Assembly: GCF_024700885.2 (NCBI RefSeq)
Contig: NZ_CP117016.1
From: Escherichia coli
GTDB taxonomy: Bacteria > Pseudomonadota > Gammaproteobacteria > Enterobacterales > Enterobacteriaceae
DNA length: 64,000 nucleotides
Strand: one strand, 5' to 3'
Below, in pieces: positions 1 through 17,454 of this stretch. The notes under the pieces are model-generated. The model searched no databases. It worked only from the letters and a program-made list of their open reading frames with translations, and had not been told where the DNA came from. The first letter of the stretch is position 1. The number at the start of each line of letters is the position of its first letter. The translations under genes and the position numbers were made by a program.

Positions 1-28
1 CTTTTCAGTATGATCTCAGGAGGTTGCT

Positions 29-697
29 ATGTGTGGACGCTTTGCCCAATCCCAAACGCGTGAAGATTACCTTGCGCTTCTCGCGGAAGATATTGAACGC
101 GATATTCCCTACGATCCCGAACCCATTGGCAAATACAACGTCGCGCCAGGAACCAAAGTTCTTCTGCTCAGTGAACGTGATGAACACCTTCATCTGGATC
201 CGGTTTTCTGGGGATATGCTCCCGGATGGTGGGATAAACCGCCGCTGATTAACGCCCGCGTAGAAACTGCGGCAACCAGTCGTATGTTTAAACCGCTCTG
301 GCAACATGGTCGGGCAATCTGTTTTGCCGATGGCTGGTTTGAGTGGAAAAAAGAAGGCGACAAAAAGCAGCCTTATTTTATCTATCGTGCTGACGGACAA
401 CCTGTTTTTATGGCCGCGATAGGAAGCACACCATTTGAGCGTGGTGACGAAGCCGAAGGATTTTTGATCGTCACTGCGGCGGCAGATCAAGGTCTGGTAG
501 ATATTCATGACCGCCGCCCGCTGGTTCTGTCGCCAGAAGCTGCACGGGAATGGATGCGGCAAGAGATTAGCGGTAAAGAAGCCTCTGAAATTGCTGCCAG
601 TGGCTGTGTGCCAGCAAACCAGTTCACCTGGCACCCGGTATCGCGCGCGGTGGGTAATGTTAAAAACCAGGGCGCGGAGTTAATTCAACCTGTTTGA
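29..697 (+). CDS. yedK: SOS-response-associated peptidase (abasic-site processing protein) YedK
   Basis: Track ORF of 222 aa with ATG at 29; N-terminal MCGRF motif typical of the SRAP/YedK family; position upstream of yedL and fliE matches the E. coli map (recalled). Confidence 0.88.
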   Translation: MCGRFAQSQTREDYLALLAEDIERDIPYDPEPIGKYNVAPGTKVLLLSERDEHLHLDPVFWGYAPGWWDKPPLINARVETAATSRMFKPLWQHGRAICFADGWFEWKKEGDKKQPYFIYRADGQPVFMAAIGSTPFERGDEAEGFLIVTAAADQGLVDIHDRRPLVLSPEAAREWMRQEISGKEASEIAASGCVPANQFTWHPVSRAVGNVKNQGAELIQPV

Positions 698-807
698 TAA
701 GCCTGGAGATTATTGATCAACAATACTGCGTCATAAGAAATCTCTATTAGACAAAGATTTCATTACCTGTTGGCATATTGCAAAAATAACACCAATACGG
801 AATCGTC

Positions 808-1287
808 ATGTTCACGATTAAAACAGATGATCTCACCCATCCAGCAGTGCAAGCATTAGTGGCTTACCATATTTCCGGCATGCTGCAGCAGTCTCCCCCC
901 GAAAGCAGTCATGCTTTAGATGTGCAAAAATTACGTAACCCGGCAGTGACATTCTGGTCAGTATGGGAAGGCGAACAACTCGCAGGAATTGGTGCGCTGA
1001 AGTTGCTGGATGATAAACATGGCGAACTGAAATCAATGCGTACCGCGCCAAATTATTTACGTCGAGGTGTCGCCAGTCTGATTTTACGCCACATTTTGCA
1101 GGTCGCCCATGACAGATGCCTTCATCGCCTGAGCTTAGAAACGGGTACACAGGCTGGATTTACGGCCTGCCATCAACTTTATTTGAATCATGGTTTCGTT
1201 GATTGCGAACCGTTTGCTGATTATCAACTTGATCCACACAGTCGATTTTTGTCATTGACGCTATGCGAAAATAATGAATTGCCATGA
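808..1287 (+). CDS. yedL: GNAT-family N-acetyltransferase YedL
   Basis: Track ORF of 159 aa; acetyltransferase-like core; synteny with yedK. Confidence 0.8.
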   Translation: MFTIKTDDLTHPAVQALVAYHISGMLQQSPPESSHALDVQKLRNPAVTFWSVWEGEQLAGIGALKLLDDKHGELKSMRTAPNYLRRGVASLILRHILQVAHDRCLHRLSLETGTQAGFTACHQLYLNHGFVDCEPFADYQLDPHSRFLSLTLCENNELP

Positions 1288-1294
1288 GCCAGAC

Positions 1295-1335
1295 GCAGCA
1301 CATTCTTGCATTCGACGTGCTGCGCCTTTATTCAT
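1295..1335 (+). terminator. Hairpin plus T-rich tract after yedL (copy A of a repeated palindromic element)
   Basis: GCAGCAC...GTGCTGC stem followed by CCTTTATTCAT; a near-identical element occurs at 33377-33416. Confidence 0.5.
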
Positions 1336-1704
1336 CACCAGCCGCATATGTCTTGTCCTTAGACGCTCCTTCCACATGCGCCACAAGAAACCTCTATTCC
1401 AGTGACACAATTATGCCTAATTATTTCCATTGCCCGGAATATGAATAAAAACATCAACAAAGATTAAATTATTCAAACGTTACTGTTGCGTCAGTGGTCG
1501 TAGCAACATCCGACGTGGTGATGTGTGTTAAAGGAGACGCTCTGATGCTCAGATGGTTTATCGCGTTTACGGATCGTGGATGGCAGAAAACAATCAGGAT
1601 CAGGTATCCATTTTAAACCAGAAATTGATTGAGTTTGCCCCATCCATGCCCCACGCTGTGGGATCGGATGTAATTAAACAAGCATAGTCAACAGGTTACA
1701 CAAC

Positions 1705-2019
1705 CTACACCTGCATGCTCATCACTTCCTGATACGCCGCCACCAGCTTATTACGCACCTGAATCCCCATTTGCATTGAAACTGAGGCTTTTTGCATATC
1801 GGTCATCACATCGTTTAACGCCACGCCGGGTTCACCGAGAGTGAATTTTTCTGCCTGCGTGCGGGCGGCTGTTTGTGTATCGCTTATGCGATCGAGCGCG
1901 GCGTGCAGCTGCCCGGCAAAACTAATGGTCGGTTGCGGCAGTGATTCCTGCGCACGTGCACTCATCGCCGTGGTCTGTAACTGGCTGATAACCCCTTCAA
2001 TCCCCTGTATCGCTGACAT
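1705..2019 (-). CDS. fliE: Flagellar hook-basal body complex protein FliE
   Basis: Track ORF 1705..2049; FliE-length product (104 aa) starts at the internal MSAIQGIEG; divergent from fliF. Confidence 0.9.
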   Translation of the reverse strand: MSAIQGIEGVISQLQTTAMSARAQESLPQPTISFAGQLHAALDRISDTQTAARTQAEKFTLGEPGVALNDVMTDMQKASVSMQMGIQVRNKLVAAYQEVMSMQV

Positions 2020-2233
2020 TTTCATCTCCCGGATAATTTCTGGTAGCAAAGCCTACCAGTAAGTCAATAAGACAAAGGCGCTAAATAGCAACAAAAAAAC
2101 GGGTTTATTGGCGGATAGAAAAAAACGAAAGCACAAATAATGGGAGCGTCAATTTTTCGAGTTTGCTGACCCGGGAGTGAGTCTTGTTCCACTTTGCCAA
2201 TAACGCCGTCCATAATCAGCCACGAGGTGCGCG
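2020..2233. promoter_or_regulatory. Divergent fliE / fliFGHIJK promoter region (class 2 flagellar promoters expected)
   Basis: Intergenic region between divergent flagellar operons; individual FlhDC or sigma-28 sites not resolved by eye. Confidence 0.45.
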
Positions 2234-5558
<3,325 letters not shown>

Positions 5559-5559
<1 letters not shown>

Positions 5560-6932
5560 TGACCACGCGCCTGACTCGCTGGCTAACCACGCTGGATAAC
5601 TTTGAAGCCAAAATGGCGCAGTTGCCTGCGGTACGTCGCTATGGACGATTAACCCGCGCTACCGGGCTGGTGCTGGAAGCCACCGGATTACAATTGCCGC
5701 TCGGCGCAACCTGTGTCATTGAGCGCCAGAACGGCAGCGAAACGCACGAAGTAGAAAGCGAAGTCGTTGGCTTTAACGGTCAACGGCTGTTTTTAATGCC
5801 GCTGGAGGAAGTGGAAGGTGTCCTGCCCGGCGCGCGTGTATATGCCAAAAACATTTCGGCAGAAGGGCTGCAAAGCGGCAAGCAGTTGCCGCTCGGTCCG
5901 GCGTTATTAGGTCGTGTTCTGGACGGTAGCGGTAAACCGCTCGATGGCCTGCCCTTCCCCGATACGACGGAAACCGGTGCGCTGATTACCCCGCCATTTA
6001 ACCCGTTGCAACGTACACCGATTGAACATGTGCTGGACACCGGCGTGCGCCCAATCAATGCCCTGCTTACCGTCGGGCGCGGGCAGCGTATGGGGCTGTT
6101 TGCCGGGTCGGGCGTTGGTAAAAGTGTGCTGCTGGGGATGATGGCACGTTACACCCGCGCCGATGTCATTGTCGTGGGTTTGATTGGTGAACGTGGGCGC
6201 GAAGTAAAAGATTTTATTGAGAATATCCTCGGTGCCGAAGGGCGTGCACGCTCCGTGGTGATTGCCGCCCCGGCGGATGTCTCTCCGCTTCTGCGAATGC
6301 AAGGTGCCGCCTATGCCACGCGCATTGCCGAAGATTTTCGCGATCGTGGTCAGCATGTGTTGCTGATTATGGACTCCCTCACCCGCTACGCGATGGCCCA
6401 GCGTGAGATTGCACTGGCGATTGGCGAACCACCTGCCACTAAAGGCTATCCACCGTCGGTGTTTGCCAAATTACCGGCACTGGTCGAGCGTGCCGGAAAT
6501 GGCATTAGCGGCGGCGGATCGATTACCGCGTTTTATACCGTGCTCACCGAGGGCGATGACCAGCAGGACCCCATTGCCGACTCCGCGCGGGCCATCCTCG
6601 ACGGTCACATTGTGCTGTCTCGCCGACTGGCGGAAGCCGGGCACTATCCGGCTATCGATATTGAAGCGTCGATCAGCCGCGCAATGACGGCGTTGATCAG
6701 TGAGCAACATTACGCGCGAGTGCGCACCTTCAAACAGCTGTTGTCGAGTTTTCAGCGTAACCGCGATCTGGTTAGCGTCGGCGCGTATGCCAAAGGCAGC
6801 GATCCGATGCTCGACAAAGCCATCGCCCTGTGGCCGCAGCTGGAGGGCTATTTGCAACAAGGCATTTTTGAACGCGCGGACTGGGAAGCGTCTCTCCAGG
6901 GGCTGGAGCGTATTTTCCCGACAGTGTCATAA
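5559..6932 (+). CDS. fliI: Flagellum-specific ATPase FliI
   Basis: 457-aa ORF with Walker A motif GSGVGKS. Confidence 0.95.
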
Positions 6933-6950
6933 CCCAGGAGATAACGGCAG

Positions 6951-7394
6951 ATGGCAGAACATGGCGCGCTGGCGACCCTGAAAGATCTGGCAGAAAAAGA
7001 GGTAGAGGATGCCGCGCGCCTGCTGGGTGAAATGCGTCGCGGATGTCAGCAGGCGGAAGAACAGCTCAAAATGCTGATCGATTATCAGAATGAATATCGC
7101 AATAACCTCAATAGCGATATGAGTGCCGGGATGACCAGCAACCGCTGGATCAACTATCAGCAGTTTATCCAGACGCTGGAAAAAGCCATTACTCAGCATC
7201 GCCAGCAACTTAATCAGTGGACGCAGAAAGTTGACATTGCCCTGAACAGCTGGCGAGAAAAGAAACAACGTTTGCAGGCCTGGCAGACACTGCAGGAACG
7301 GCAATCCACGGCGGCACTGCTTGCAGAAAACCGCCTCGATCAGAAAAAGATGGATGAGTTCGCCCAGCGCGCCGCCATGAGGAAACCTGAATGA
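6951..7394 (+). CDS. fliJ: Flagellar export protein FliJ
   Basis: 147-aa coiled-coil-rich ORF in fliI-fliK synteny. Confidence 0.92.
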   Translation: MAEHGALATLKDLAEKEVEDAARLLGEMRRGCQQAEEQLKMLIDYQNEYRNNLNSDMSAGMTSNRWINYQQFIQTLEKAITQHRQQLNQWTQKVDIALNSWREKKQRLQAWQTLQERQSTAALLAENRLDQKKMDEFAQRAAMRKPE

Positions 7395-8518
7395 TTCGCA
7401 TAGCGCCCTTGATTACCGCTGACGTTGATATCGCCACATTGCCTGGCGACAAAGCCAGCGATGCTGCACAAGATTTTCTCGCGTTGTTGAGCGAAGCATT
7501 AACAGGCGAGGCAACAACCGACAAAGCGACTCCCCAGTTGCTGGTGGCAACAGATAAGCCCACGACAAAAGGCGAGCCGCTGGTCAGCGATATTGTTTCC
7601 GACACGCAACAAGCAGATTTACTGATCCCTGTGGATGAAACACCACCTGTCATCAACGACGAACAATCCACATCAACACCGTTAACCACCGCTCAGACGA
7701 TAACGTTGGCTGCGGCGGCTGACAACAATACGGCAAAAGACGAAAAAGCGGATGATCTGAATGAAGACGTCACCGCCAGCCTGAGTGCCCTTTTTGCGAT
7801 GTTGCCGGGTTTTGACAATACGCCCAAAGTGACTGATGCACCGTCAACCGTATTACCGACAGAGAAACCAACGCTCTTCACAAAACTGACTTCTGCGCAA
7901 CTCACAACAGCACAGCCTGATGACGCCCCCGGCACACCAGCTCAGCCATTAACACCGCTGATAGCAGAAGCCCAGAGTAAAGCGGAAGTCATCAGCACGC
8001 CTTCGTCGGTGACCGCTGCCGCCAGCCCGCTAATCACTCCACACCAGACACAGCCACTGCCCACCGTCGCCGCGCCTGTTTTGAGTGCACCGCTGGGTTC
8101 TCACGAATGGCAACAATCATTAAGCCAGCATATTTCGCTGTTCACCCGCCAGGGGCAACAAAGTGCAGAGTTGCGTCTGCACCCGCAGGATTTAGGTGAA
8201 GTGCAAATCTCCCTCAAAGTGGATGATAACCAGGCGCAAATCCAGATGGTTTCACCGCATCAGCACGTGCGCGCCGCGCTGGAAGCAGCGCTTCCGGTAC
8301 TGCGTACGCAGCTGGCGGAAAGTGGCATTCAGTTAGGGCAAAGCAACATCAGTGGCGAAAGCTTTAGTGGTCAGCAGCAGGCCGCTTCCCAGCAACAGCA
8401 AAGCCAACGCACAGCAAACCATGAACCTCTGGCGGGGGAAGACGACGATACGCTTCCGGTTCCCGTCTCTTTACAAGGGCGTGTAACAGGCAACAGCGGC
8501 GTTGATATTTTCGCCTAA
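7391..8518 (+). CDS. fliK: Flagellar hook-length control protein FliK
   Basis: 375-aa Pro/Thr/Gln-rich ORF. Confidence 0.92.
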   Translation: MIRIAPLITADVDIATLPGDKASDAAQDFLALLSEALTGEATTDKATPQLLVATDKPTTKGEPLVSDIVSDTQQADLLIPVDETPPVINDEQSTSTPLTTAQTITLAAAADNNTAKDEKADDLNEDVTASLSALFAMLPGFDNTPKVTDAPSTVLPTEKPTLFTKLTSAQLTTAQPDDAPGTPAQPLTPLIAEAQSKAEVISTPSSVTAAASPLITPHQTQPLPTVAAPVLSAPLGSHEWQQSLSQHISLFTRQGQQSAELRLHPQDLGEVQISLKVDDNQAQIQMVSPHQHVRAALEAALPVLRTQLAESGIQLGQSNISGESFSGQQQAASQQQQSQRTANHEPLAGEDDDTLPVPVSLQGRVTGNSGVDIFA

Positions 8519-8622
8519 CGTCAGAGGTAGCACCGTAATCCGCGTCTTTTCCCCGCTTTGTTGCGCTCAAGACGCAGGATAATTAGCCGATAAGCAGTAG
8601 CGACACAGGAAGACCGCAACAC

Positions 8623-9087
8623 ATGACTGATTACGCGATAAGCAAGAAAAGCAAGCGATCGCTTTGGATCCCGATTCTGGTATTCATTACCCTCGCGGCC
8701 TGTGCCAGCGCAGGTTACAGCTACTGGCATTCGCATCAGGTTGCCGCTGAAGACAAAGCGCAGCAACGCGTCGTGCCCTCACCGGTCTTCTATGCGCTGG
8801 ATACCTTTACGGTCAATTTGGGCGATGCGGATCGCGTGCTTTATATCGGCATAACCCTGCGCCTGAAAGATGAAGCTACCCGCTCGCGGCTGAGTGAGTA
8901 TTTGCCGGAAGTCCGTAGTCGCTTGCTGTTACTGTTTTCGCGTCAGGATGCTGCCGTACTGGCGACAGAAGAAGGCAAGAAAAACCTTATTGCCGAGATT
9001 AAAACCACACTTTCCACCCCGCTTGTTGCCGGGCAACCGAAACAGGATGTCACCGACGTGCTGTATACCGCTTTTATTCTGCGATAA
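8623..9087 (+). CDS. fliL: Flagellar basal-body-associated protein FliL
   Basis: 154-aa ORF with an N-terminal TM segment; first gene of fliLMNOPQR. Confidence 0.92.
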   Translation: MTDYAISKKSKRSLWIPILVFITLAACASAGYSYWHSHQVAAEDKAQQRVVPSPVFYALDTFTVNLGDADRVLYIGITLRLKDEATRSRLSEYLPEVRSRLLLLFSRQDAAVLATEEGKKNLIAEIKTTLSTPLVAGQPKQDVTDVLYTAFILR

Positions 9088-9091
9088 CGAC

Positions 9092-10096
9092 ATGGGCGAT
9101 AGTATTCTTTCTCAAGCTGAAATTGATGCGCTGTTGAATGGCGACAGCGAAGTCAAAGACGAACCGACAGCCAGTGTTAGCGGCGAAAGTGACATTCGTC
9201 CGTACGATCCGAATACCCAACGACGGGTTGTGCGCGAACGTTTGCAGGCGCTGGAAATCATTAATGAGCGCTTTGCCCGCCATTTTCGTATGGGGCTGTT
9301 CAACCTGTTGCGTCGTAGCCCGGATATAACCGTCGGGGCCATCCGCATTCAGCCGTACCATGAATTTGCCCGCAACCTGCCGGTGCCGACCAACCTGAAC
9401 CTTATCCATCTGAAACCGCTGCGCGGCACAGGGCTGGTGGTGTTCTCACCGAGTCTTGTGTTTATCGCCGTGGATAACCTGTTTGGCGGCGATGGACGCT
9501 TCCCGACCAAAGTGGAAGGTCGCGAGTTTACCCATACAGAACAGCGCGTCATCAACCGCATGTTAAAGCTGGCGCTTGAAGGCTATAGCGACGCCTGGAA
9601 GGCGATTAATCCGCTGGAAGTTGAGTACGTGCGTTCGGAAATGCAGGTGAAATTTACCAATATCACCACCTCGCCGAACGACATCGTGGTTAACACGCCG
9701 TTCCATGTGGAGATTGGCAACCTGACCGGCGAATTTAATATCTGCCTGCCATTCAGCATGATCGAGCCGCTACGGGAATTGTTGGTTAACCCGCCGCTGG
9801 AAAACTCGCGTAATGAAGATCAGAACTGGCGCGATAACCTGGTGCGCCAGGTGCAGCATTCACAGTTGGAGCTGGTCGCCAACTTTGCCGATATCTCGCT
9901 ACGCCTGTCGCAGATTTTAAAACTGAAACCCGGCGACGTCCTGCCGATAGAAAAACCCGATCGCATCATCGCCCATGTTGACGGCGTCCCGGTGCTGACC
10001 AGTCAGTACGGCACACTCAACGGTCAATATGCGTTACGGATAGAACATTTGATTAACCCGATTTTAAATTCTCTGAACGAGGAACAGCCCAAATGA
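9092..10096 (+). CDS. fliM: Flagellar motor switch protein FliM
   Basis: Track ORF 8894..10096; start moved to MGDSILSQAEIDALL, giving 334 aa. Confidence 0.92.
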   Translation: MGDSILSQAEIDALLNGDSEVKDEPTASVSGESDIRPYDPNTQRRVVRERLQALEIINERFARHFRMGLFNLLRRSPDITVGAIRIQPYHEFARNLPVPTNLNLIHLKPLRGTGLVVFSPSLVFIAVDNLFGGDGRFPTKVEGREFTHTEQRVINRMLKLALEGYSDAWKAINPLEVEYVRSEMQVKFTNITTSPNDIVVNTPFHVEIGNLTGEFNICLPFSMIEPLRELLVNPPLENSRNEDQNWRDNLVRQVQHSQLELVANFADISLRLSQILKLKPGDVLPIEKPDRIIAHVDGVPVLTSQYGTLNGQYALRIEHLINPILNSLNEEQPK

Positions 10097-10506
10097 GTGA
10101 CATGAATAATCCGGCCGATGACAACAACGGCGCAATGGACGATCTGTGGGCTGAAGCGTTGAGCGAACAAAAATCAACCAGCGGCAAAAGCGCTGCCGAC
10201 GCGGTGTTCCAGCAATTTGGCGGTGGTGATGTCAGCGGAACGTTGCAGGATATCGACCTGATTATGGATATTCCGGTCAAGCTGACCGTCGAGCTGGGCC
10301 GTACGCGGATGACCATCAAAGAGCTGTTGCGTCTGACGCAAGGGTCAGTCGTGGCGCTGGACGGTCTGGCGGGCGAACCGCTGGATATTCTGATCAACGG
10401 TTATTTAATCGCCCAGGGCGAAGTGGTGGTCGTTGCCGATAAATATGGCGTGCGGATCACCGATATCATTACCCCGTCCGAGCGGATGCGCCGCCTGAGC
10501 CGTTAG
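10093..10506 (+). CDS. fliN: Flagellar motor switch protein FliN
   Basis: 137-aa ORF overlapping the fliM stop. Confidence 0.95.
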   Translation: MSDMNNPADDNNGAMDDLWAEALSEQKSTSGKSAADAVFQQFGGGDVSGTLQDIDLIMDIPVKLTVELGRTRMTIKELLRLTQGSVVALDGLAGEPLDILINGYLIAQGEVVVVADKYGVRITDIITPSERMRRLSR

Positions 10507-10508
10507 TG

Positions 10509-10874
10509 ATGAATAACCACGCTACTGTGCAATCTTCCGCGCCGGTTTCTGCTGCGCCACTGCTGCAGGTGAGCGGCGCACTCATCGCCATTATTGCCCT
10601 GATCCTCGCTGCTGCCTGGCTGGTAAAACGGCTGGGATTTGCCCCGAAACGCACTGGCGTTAACGGTCTGAAAATTAGCGCCAGTGCTTCGCTGGGCGCG
10701 CGTGAACGGGTCGTGGTGGTCGATGTGGAAGATGCACGGCTGGTGCTCGGCGTTACCGCAGGGCAAATCAATCTGCTGCATAAACTTCCCCCTTCAGCAC
10801 CAACGGAAGAGATACCGCAGACCGATTTTCAGTCGGTCATGAAAAACTTGCTTAAGCGTAGCGGGAGATCCTGA
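10509..10874 (+). CDS. fliO: Flagellar export apparatus protein FliO
   Basis: Track ORF starts at GTG 10506; ATG at 10509 gives MNNHATVQ (121 aa). Confidence 0.88.
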   Translation: MNNHATVQSSAPVSAAPLLQVSGALIAIIALILAAAWLVKRLGFAPKRTGVNGLKISASASLGARERVVVVDVEDARLVLGVTAGQINLLHKLPPSAPTEEIPQTDFQSVMKNLLKRSGRS

Positions 10875-11611
10875 TGCGTCGTTTGTTGTCTGTCGCACCT
10901 GTCCTTCTCTGGCTGGTTACGCCCCTCGCCTTCGCGCAACTGCCGGGTATCACCAGCCAGCCGCTGCCTGGCGGTGGACAAAGCTGGTCGCTCCCGGTGC
11001 AGACGCTGGTGTTCATCACCTCGTTGACGTTTATTCCGGCAATTTTACTGATGATGACCAGTTTCACCCGCATCATCATTGTTTTTGGTTTATTGCGTAA
11101 CGCGCTGGGAACGCCCTCCGCACCACCTAACCAGGTATTGCTGGGGCTGGCACTGTTTTTGACCTTTTTTATTATGTCGCCGGTGATCGACAAAATTTAT
11201 GTCGATGCGTACCAGCCATTCAGCGAAGAGAAAATCTCAATGCAGGAGGCGCTGGAAAAAGGGGCGCAGCCGCTGCGTGAGTTTATGCTGCGTCAGACCC
11301 GCGAGGCAGATTTAGGGTTGTTTGCCAGACTGGCGAATACCGGCCCGTTGCAGGGACCTGAAGCCGTGCCGATGCGCATTTTGCTCCCGGCGTACGTGAC
11401 CAGCGAGTTGAAAACCGCATTTCAGATAGGCTTCACGATTTTCATTCCGTTTTTGATTATCGACCTGGTGATTGCCAGCGTGTTGATGGCATTGGGGATG
11501 ATGATGGTCCCCCCCGCCACCATTGCTCTGCCCTTTAAACTGATGCTGTTTGTACTGGTGGATGGCTGGCAATTGCTGGTCGGTTCGCTGGCGCAGAGCT
11601 TTTACAGCTAG
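10874..11611 (+). CDS. fliP: Flagellar export apparatus protein FliP
   Basis: 245-aa polytopic membrane ORF. Confidence 0.95.
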   Translation: MRRLLSVAPVLLWLVTPLAFAQLPGITSQPLPGGGQSWSLPVQTLVFITSLTFIPAILLMMTSFTRIIIVFGLLRNALGTPSAPPNQVLLGLALFLTFFIMSPVIDKIYVDAYQPFSEEKISMQEALEKGAQPLREFMLRQTREADLGLFARLANTGPLQGPEAVPMRILLPAYVTSELKTAFQIGFTIFIPFLIIDLVIASVLMALGMMMVPPATIALPFKLMLFVLVDGWQLLVGSLAQSFYS

Positions 11612-11620
11612 AGAGGCAAA

Positions 11621-11890
11621 ATGACACCTGAATCGGTCATGATGATGGGGACTGAAGCGATGAAAGTCGCGCTGGCACTGGCTGCCCCGCTATTGTTGGT
11701 AGCGTTGGTCACGGGCCTTATCATCAGTATTTTGCAGGCCGCCACCCAGATTAACGAAATGACGCTGTCGTTTATTCCGAAAATCATCGCCGTATTTATC
11801 GCCATTATTATTGCCGGACCGTGGATGCTCAATCTGTTGCTGGATTACGTCCGCACCTTGTTCACTAACCTGCCGTATATCATCGGGTAG
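11621..11890 (+). CDS. fliQ: Flagellar export apparatus protein FliQ
   Basis: 89-aa two-TM ORF. Confidence 0.95.
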   Translation: MTPESVMMMGTEAMKVALALAAPLLLVALVTGLIISILQAATQINEMTLSFIPKIIAVFIAIIIAGPWMLNLLLDYVRTLFTNLPYIIG

Positions 11891-11898
11891 CCCGTACA

Positions 11899-12684
11899 AT
11901 GTTGCAGGTGACAAGCGATCAATGGCTTTCCTGGCTAAGTCTGTACTTCTGGCCGTTACTGCGCGTGCTGGCGCTCATTTCTACCGCGCCAATTCTGAGC
12001 GAACGCAGCGTGCCGAAACGGGTAAAACTGGGTCTGGCAATGATGATCACGTTCGCCATTGCCCCATCATTACCTGCCAACGATGTTCCTGTTTTTTCGT
12101 TCTTTGCTCTGTGGCTGGCCGTGCAGCAGATCCTGATCGGCATTGCGCTTGGTTTTACCATGCAATTTGCCTTTGCCGCTGTGCGAACCGCTGGTGAAAT
12201 TATCGGTCTGCAAATGGGGCTGTCATTTGCGACGTTTGTCGATCCGGCCAGCCATCTCAATATGCCCGTTTTAGCGCGTATTATGGATATGCTGGCGTTA
12301 CTGCTGTTCCTGACATTTAACGGTCATTTATGGTTGATTTCACTGCTGGTCGATACCTTTCACACCCTGCCAATTGGTGGCGAACCGTTGAACAGCAATG
12401 CGTTTCTGGCACTCACCAAAGCAGGGAGTTTGATTTTCCTTAACGGGCTGATGCTGGCGTTACCGCTCATTACTCTGCTGCTGACCCTGAATCTGGCATT
12501 AGGTTTACTGAATCGTATGGCCCCGCAATTATCCATTTTTGTTATTGGATTTCCATTAACTCTGACTGTCGGTATCTCTTTAATGGCGGCATTAATGCCG
12601 TTAATTGCGCCTTTTTGCGAACATTTATTCAGTGAGATGTTTAATTTGCTGGCTGATATTATTAGTGAATTGCCATTAATATAA
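11899..12684 (+). CDS. fliR: Flagellar export apparatus protein FliR
   Basis: 261-aa polytopic membrane ORF; last gene of the operon. Confidence 0.95.
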   Translation: MLQVTSDQWLSWLSLYFWPLLRVLALISTAPILSERSVPKRVKLGLAMMITFAIAPSLPANDVPVFSFFALWLAVQQILIGIALGFTMQFAFAAVRTAGEIIGLQMGLSFATFVDPASHLNMPVLARIMDMLALLLFLTFNGHLWLISLLVDTFHTLPIGGEPLNSNAFLALTKAGSLIFLNGLMLALPLITLLLTLNLALGLLNRMAPQLSIFVIGFPLTLTVGISLMAALMPLIAPFCEHLFSEMFNLLADIISELPLI

Positions 12685-12709
12685 TTCCGTAACGTTTATC
12701 ATGTTATCC

Positions 12710-12723
12710 TAAGGATTATCCGA
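12710..12723. promoter_or_regulatory. Candidate RcsAB box upstream of rcsA
   Basis: TAAGGATTATCCGA resembles the RcsAB box consensus TaAGaatatTCctA (recalled); rcsA is known to be autoregulated through such a box. Confidence 0.45.
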
Positions 12724-12973
12724 AAAATAATACCTACGAACATCTTCCAGGATACTCCTGTAGCGAAATATTTGTTTTAAGCTCACTCACATATCGCAAC
12801 ATTTACTTTACTTTAAGACAATTCCAGGCAAATTATACAACACTTTACGGGATAGTAAGTCCGCCTGAAAAATCGCGAGAGTGGCGCATTAGGTGACCCA
12901 TGTTGTTCCGTTTAGTCATGATGAAATATTCAGGTAAGGGGAATTATCGTTACGCATTGAGTGAGGGTATGCC

Positions 12974-13597
12974 ATGTCAACGATTATTATGGATTTATGT
13001 AGTTACACCCGACTAGGTTTAACCGGGTATCTGTTGAGTAGAGGGGTTAAAAAAAGAGAAATCAACGACATTGAAACCGTTGATGACCTTGCCATAGCTT
13101 GTGATTCACAGCGCCCTTCAGTGGTGTTTATTAATGAGGACTGTTTCATCCACGATGCTTCTAACAGTCAGCGTATCAAGCTCATCATTAATCAACATCC
13201 CAATACGTTATTTATCGTTTTTATGGCAATTGCCAATGTTCATTTTGATGAATATCTATTGGTCAGAAAAAATTTATTGATCAGTTCTAAATCGATTAAA
13301 CCGGAATCTCTCGACGATATCCTTGGCGATATTCTGAAAAAAGAGACAACGATAACCTCGTTTTTAAATATGCCGACGTTATCATTGAGCCGAACCGAAT
13401 CGAGTATGTTGCGAATGTGGATGGCAGGTCAGGGAACCATTCAAATCTCCGACCAAATGAATATCAAAGCCAAGACCGTTTCATCGCATAAAGGTAATAT
13501 TAAACGTAAGATCAAAACGCATAATAAACAGGTTATCTACCATGTCGTCCGACTGACGGATAATGTGACTAATGGTATTTTTGTCAACATGCGCTAA
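12974..13597 (+). CDS. rcsA: Capsule synthesis co-activator RcsA (LuxR-type HTH)
   Basis: 207-aa AT-rich ORF with C-terminal LuxR-type HTH; synteny with dsrB and dsrA. Confidence 0.92.
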
Positions 13598-13603
13598 CAC
13601 ATT

Positions 13604-13629
13604 CTGACTGGTGGTTTCCCACCAGTCAG
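13604..13629. terminator. Bidirectional hairpin between convergent rcsA and dsrB
   Basis: Perfect 11-bp stem CTGACTGGTGG / CCACCAGTCAG with a TTTC loop. Confidence 0.6.
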
Positions 13630-13640
13630 GCTGAATTAGA

Positions 13641-13919
<279 letters not shown>

Positions 13920-13991
13920 CTATACTTAAGAGATGCCAGGCGGACTTAACGACTGGCGGCAACAACAGAGTAACGGTTGCGAGGAAAGATG

Positions 13992-14219
13992 ATGAAAACC
14001 GCAAAAGAGTACAGCGATACCGCAAAACGTGAGGTCAGCGTCGATGTCGATGCCCTGCTGGCGGCGATCAATGAAATTAGCGAAAGCGAAGTTCATCGCA
14101 GCCAGAACGATTCTGAACACGTTAGCGTCGATGGACGTGAATATCATACATGGCGTGAATTGGCGGATGCCTTCGAACTGGATATTCATGACTTCAGCGT
14201 CTCTGAAGTGAATCGTTGA
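13992..14219 (+). CDS. yodD: Small protein YodD
   Basis: Track ORF 13977..14219; start moved to MKTAKEYSD (75 aa). Confidence 0.75.
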   Translation: MKTAKEYSDTAKREVSVDVDALLAAINEISESEVHRSQNDSEHVSVDGREYHTWRELADAFELDIHDFSVSEVNR

Positions 14220-14232
14220 ATGCACAATAAAA

Positions 14233-14319
14233 AAATCCCGACCCTGAGGGGGTCGGGATGAAACTTGCTTAAGCAAGAAGCACTTAAAAAATTCGTTACA
14301 CCAGGAAATCTGATGTGTT
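14233..14319 (-). ncRNA. dsrA: DsrA small regulatory RNA
   Basis: Minus strand reads AACACATCAGATTTCCTGGTGTAACGAATTTTTTAAGTGCTTCTTGCTTAAGCAAGTTTCATCCCGACCCCCTCAGGGTCGGGATTT, matching recalled 87-nt DsrA including its terminator hairpin. Confidence 0.93.
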
Positions 14320-14498
14320 CATCACCTTATCCGCAATTTTTTTCGCTGACAAGAAAATATTCGTGATATGAATGATTAACGCTACTTATGAATAGAAATG
14401 TGACGCGCGTCACCCCTTGGTGGCTCTGGCGTCAACGGGATCGCTCCCGAAAAAATCATCTTTGATAATTTGTGCTGTTTTGAGAATCATCCTGGTAA

Positions 14499-17038
<2,540 letters not shown>

Positions 17039-17193
17039 CCTGCTTTTTTATGATTCTGGCATAACCCGGCGATAACGTACCGCAAAACAGCGATAATTTT
17101 ATAATGGTGGCATGATAAGACGCGACTATCATTCATTGCAGGCATTGGCACACCAGGCCGGATGTGATCCGGCCTGGTGTTAATGATACCCTT

Positions 17194-17376
17194 TCAAACT
17201 TCTTCCGCAGGACGACTCCCCTCCCCTGGAACAAGCTCGGTTTCATGAAAAGCTTCCCGCTTGACCCCGTAACCGTCATACCAACGACACTCAACCATAC
17301 CGCTGGAGTATCCGGTGACAATCATCCGCGGGCCGCCCTCTTTAACCGTAACTTCCTCACTAACCATAAAGCTCAT
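17194..17376 (-). CDS. yodC: Small protein YodC
   Basis: 60-aa ORF in the conserved position between dgcQ and yedI. Confidence 0.7.
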   Translation of the reverse strand: MSFMVSEEVTVKEGGPRMIVTGYSSGMVECRWYDGYGVKREAFHETELVPGEGSRPAEEV

Positions 17377-17454
17377 ACTCGCCTCCTTTTTTCGAGTGAA
17401 ACTTGTTCACCTTAGTTGAAGATGGCGAATTTTGCATAATAGCCAGTGCGAGTA

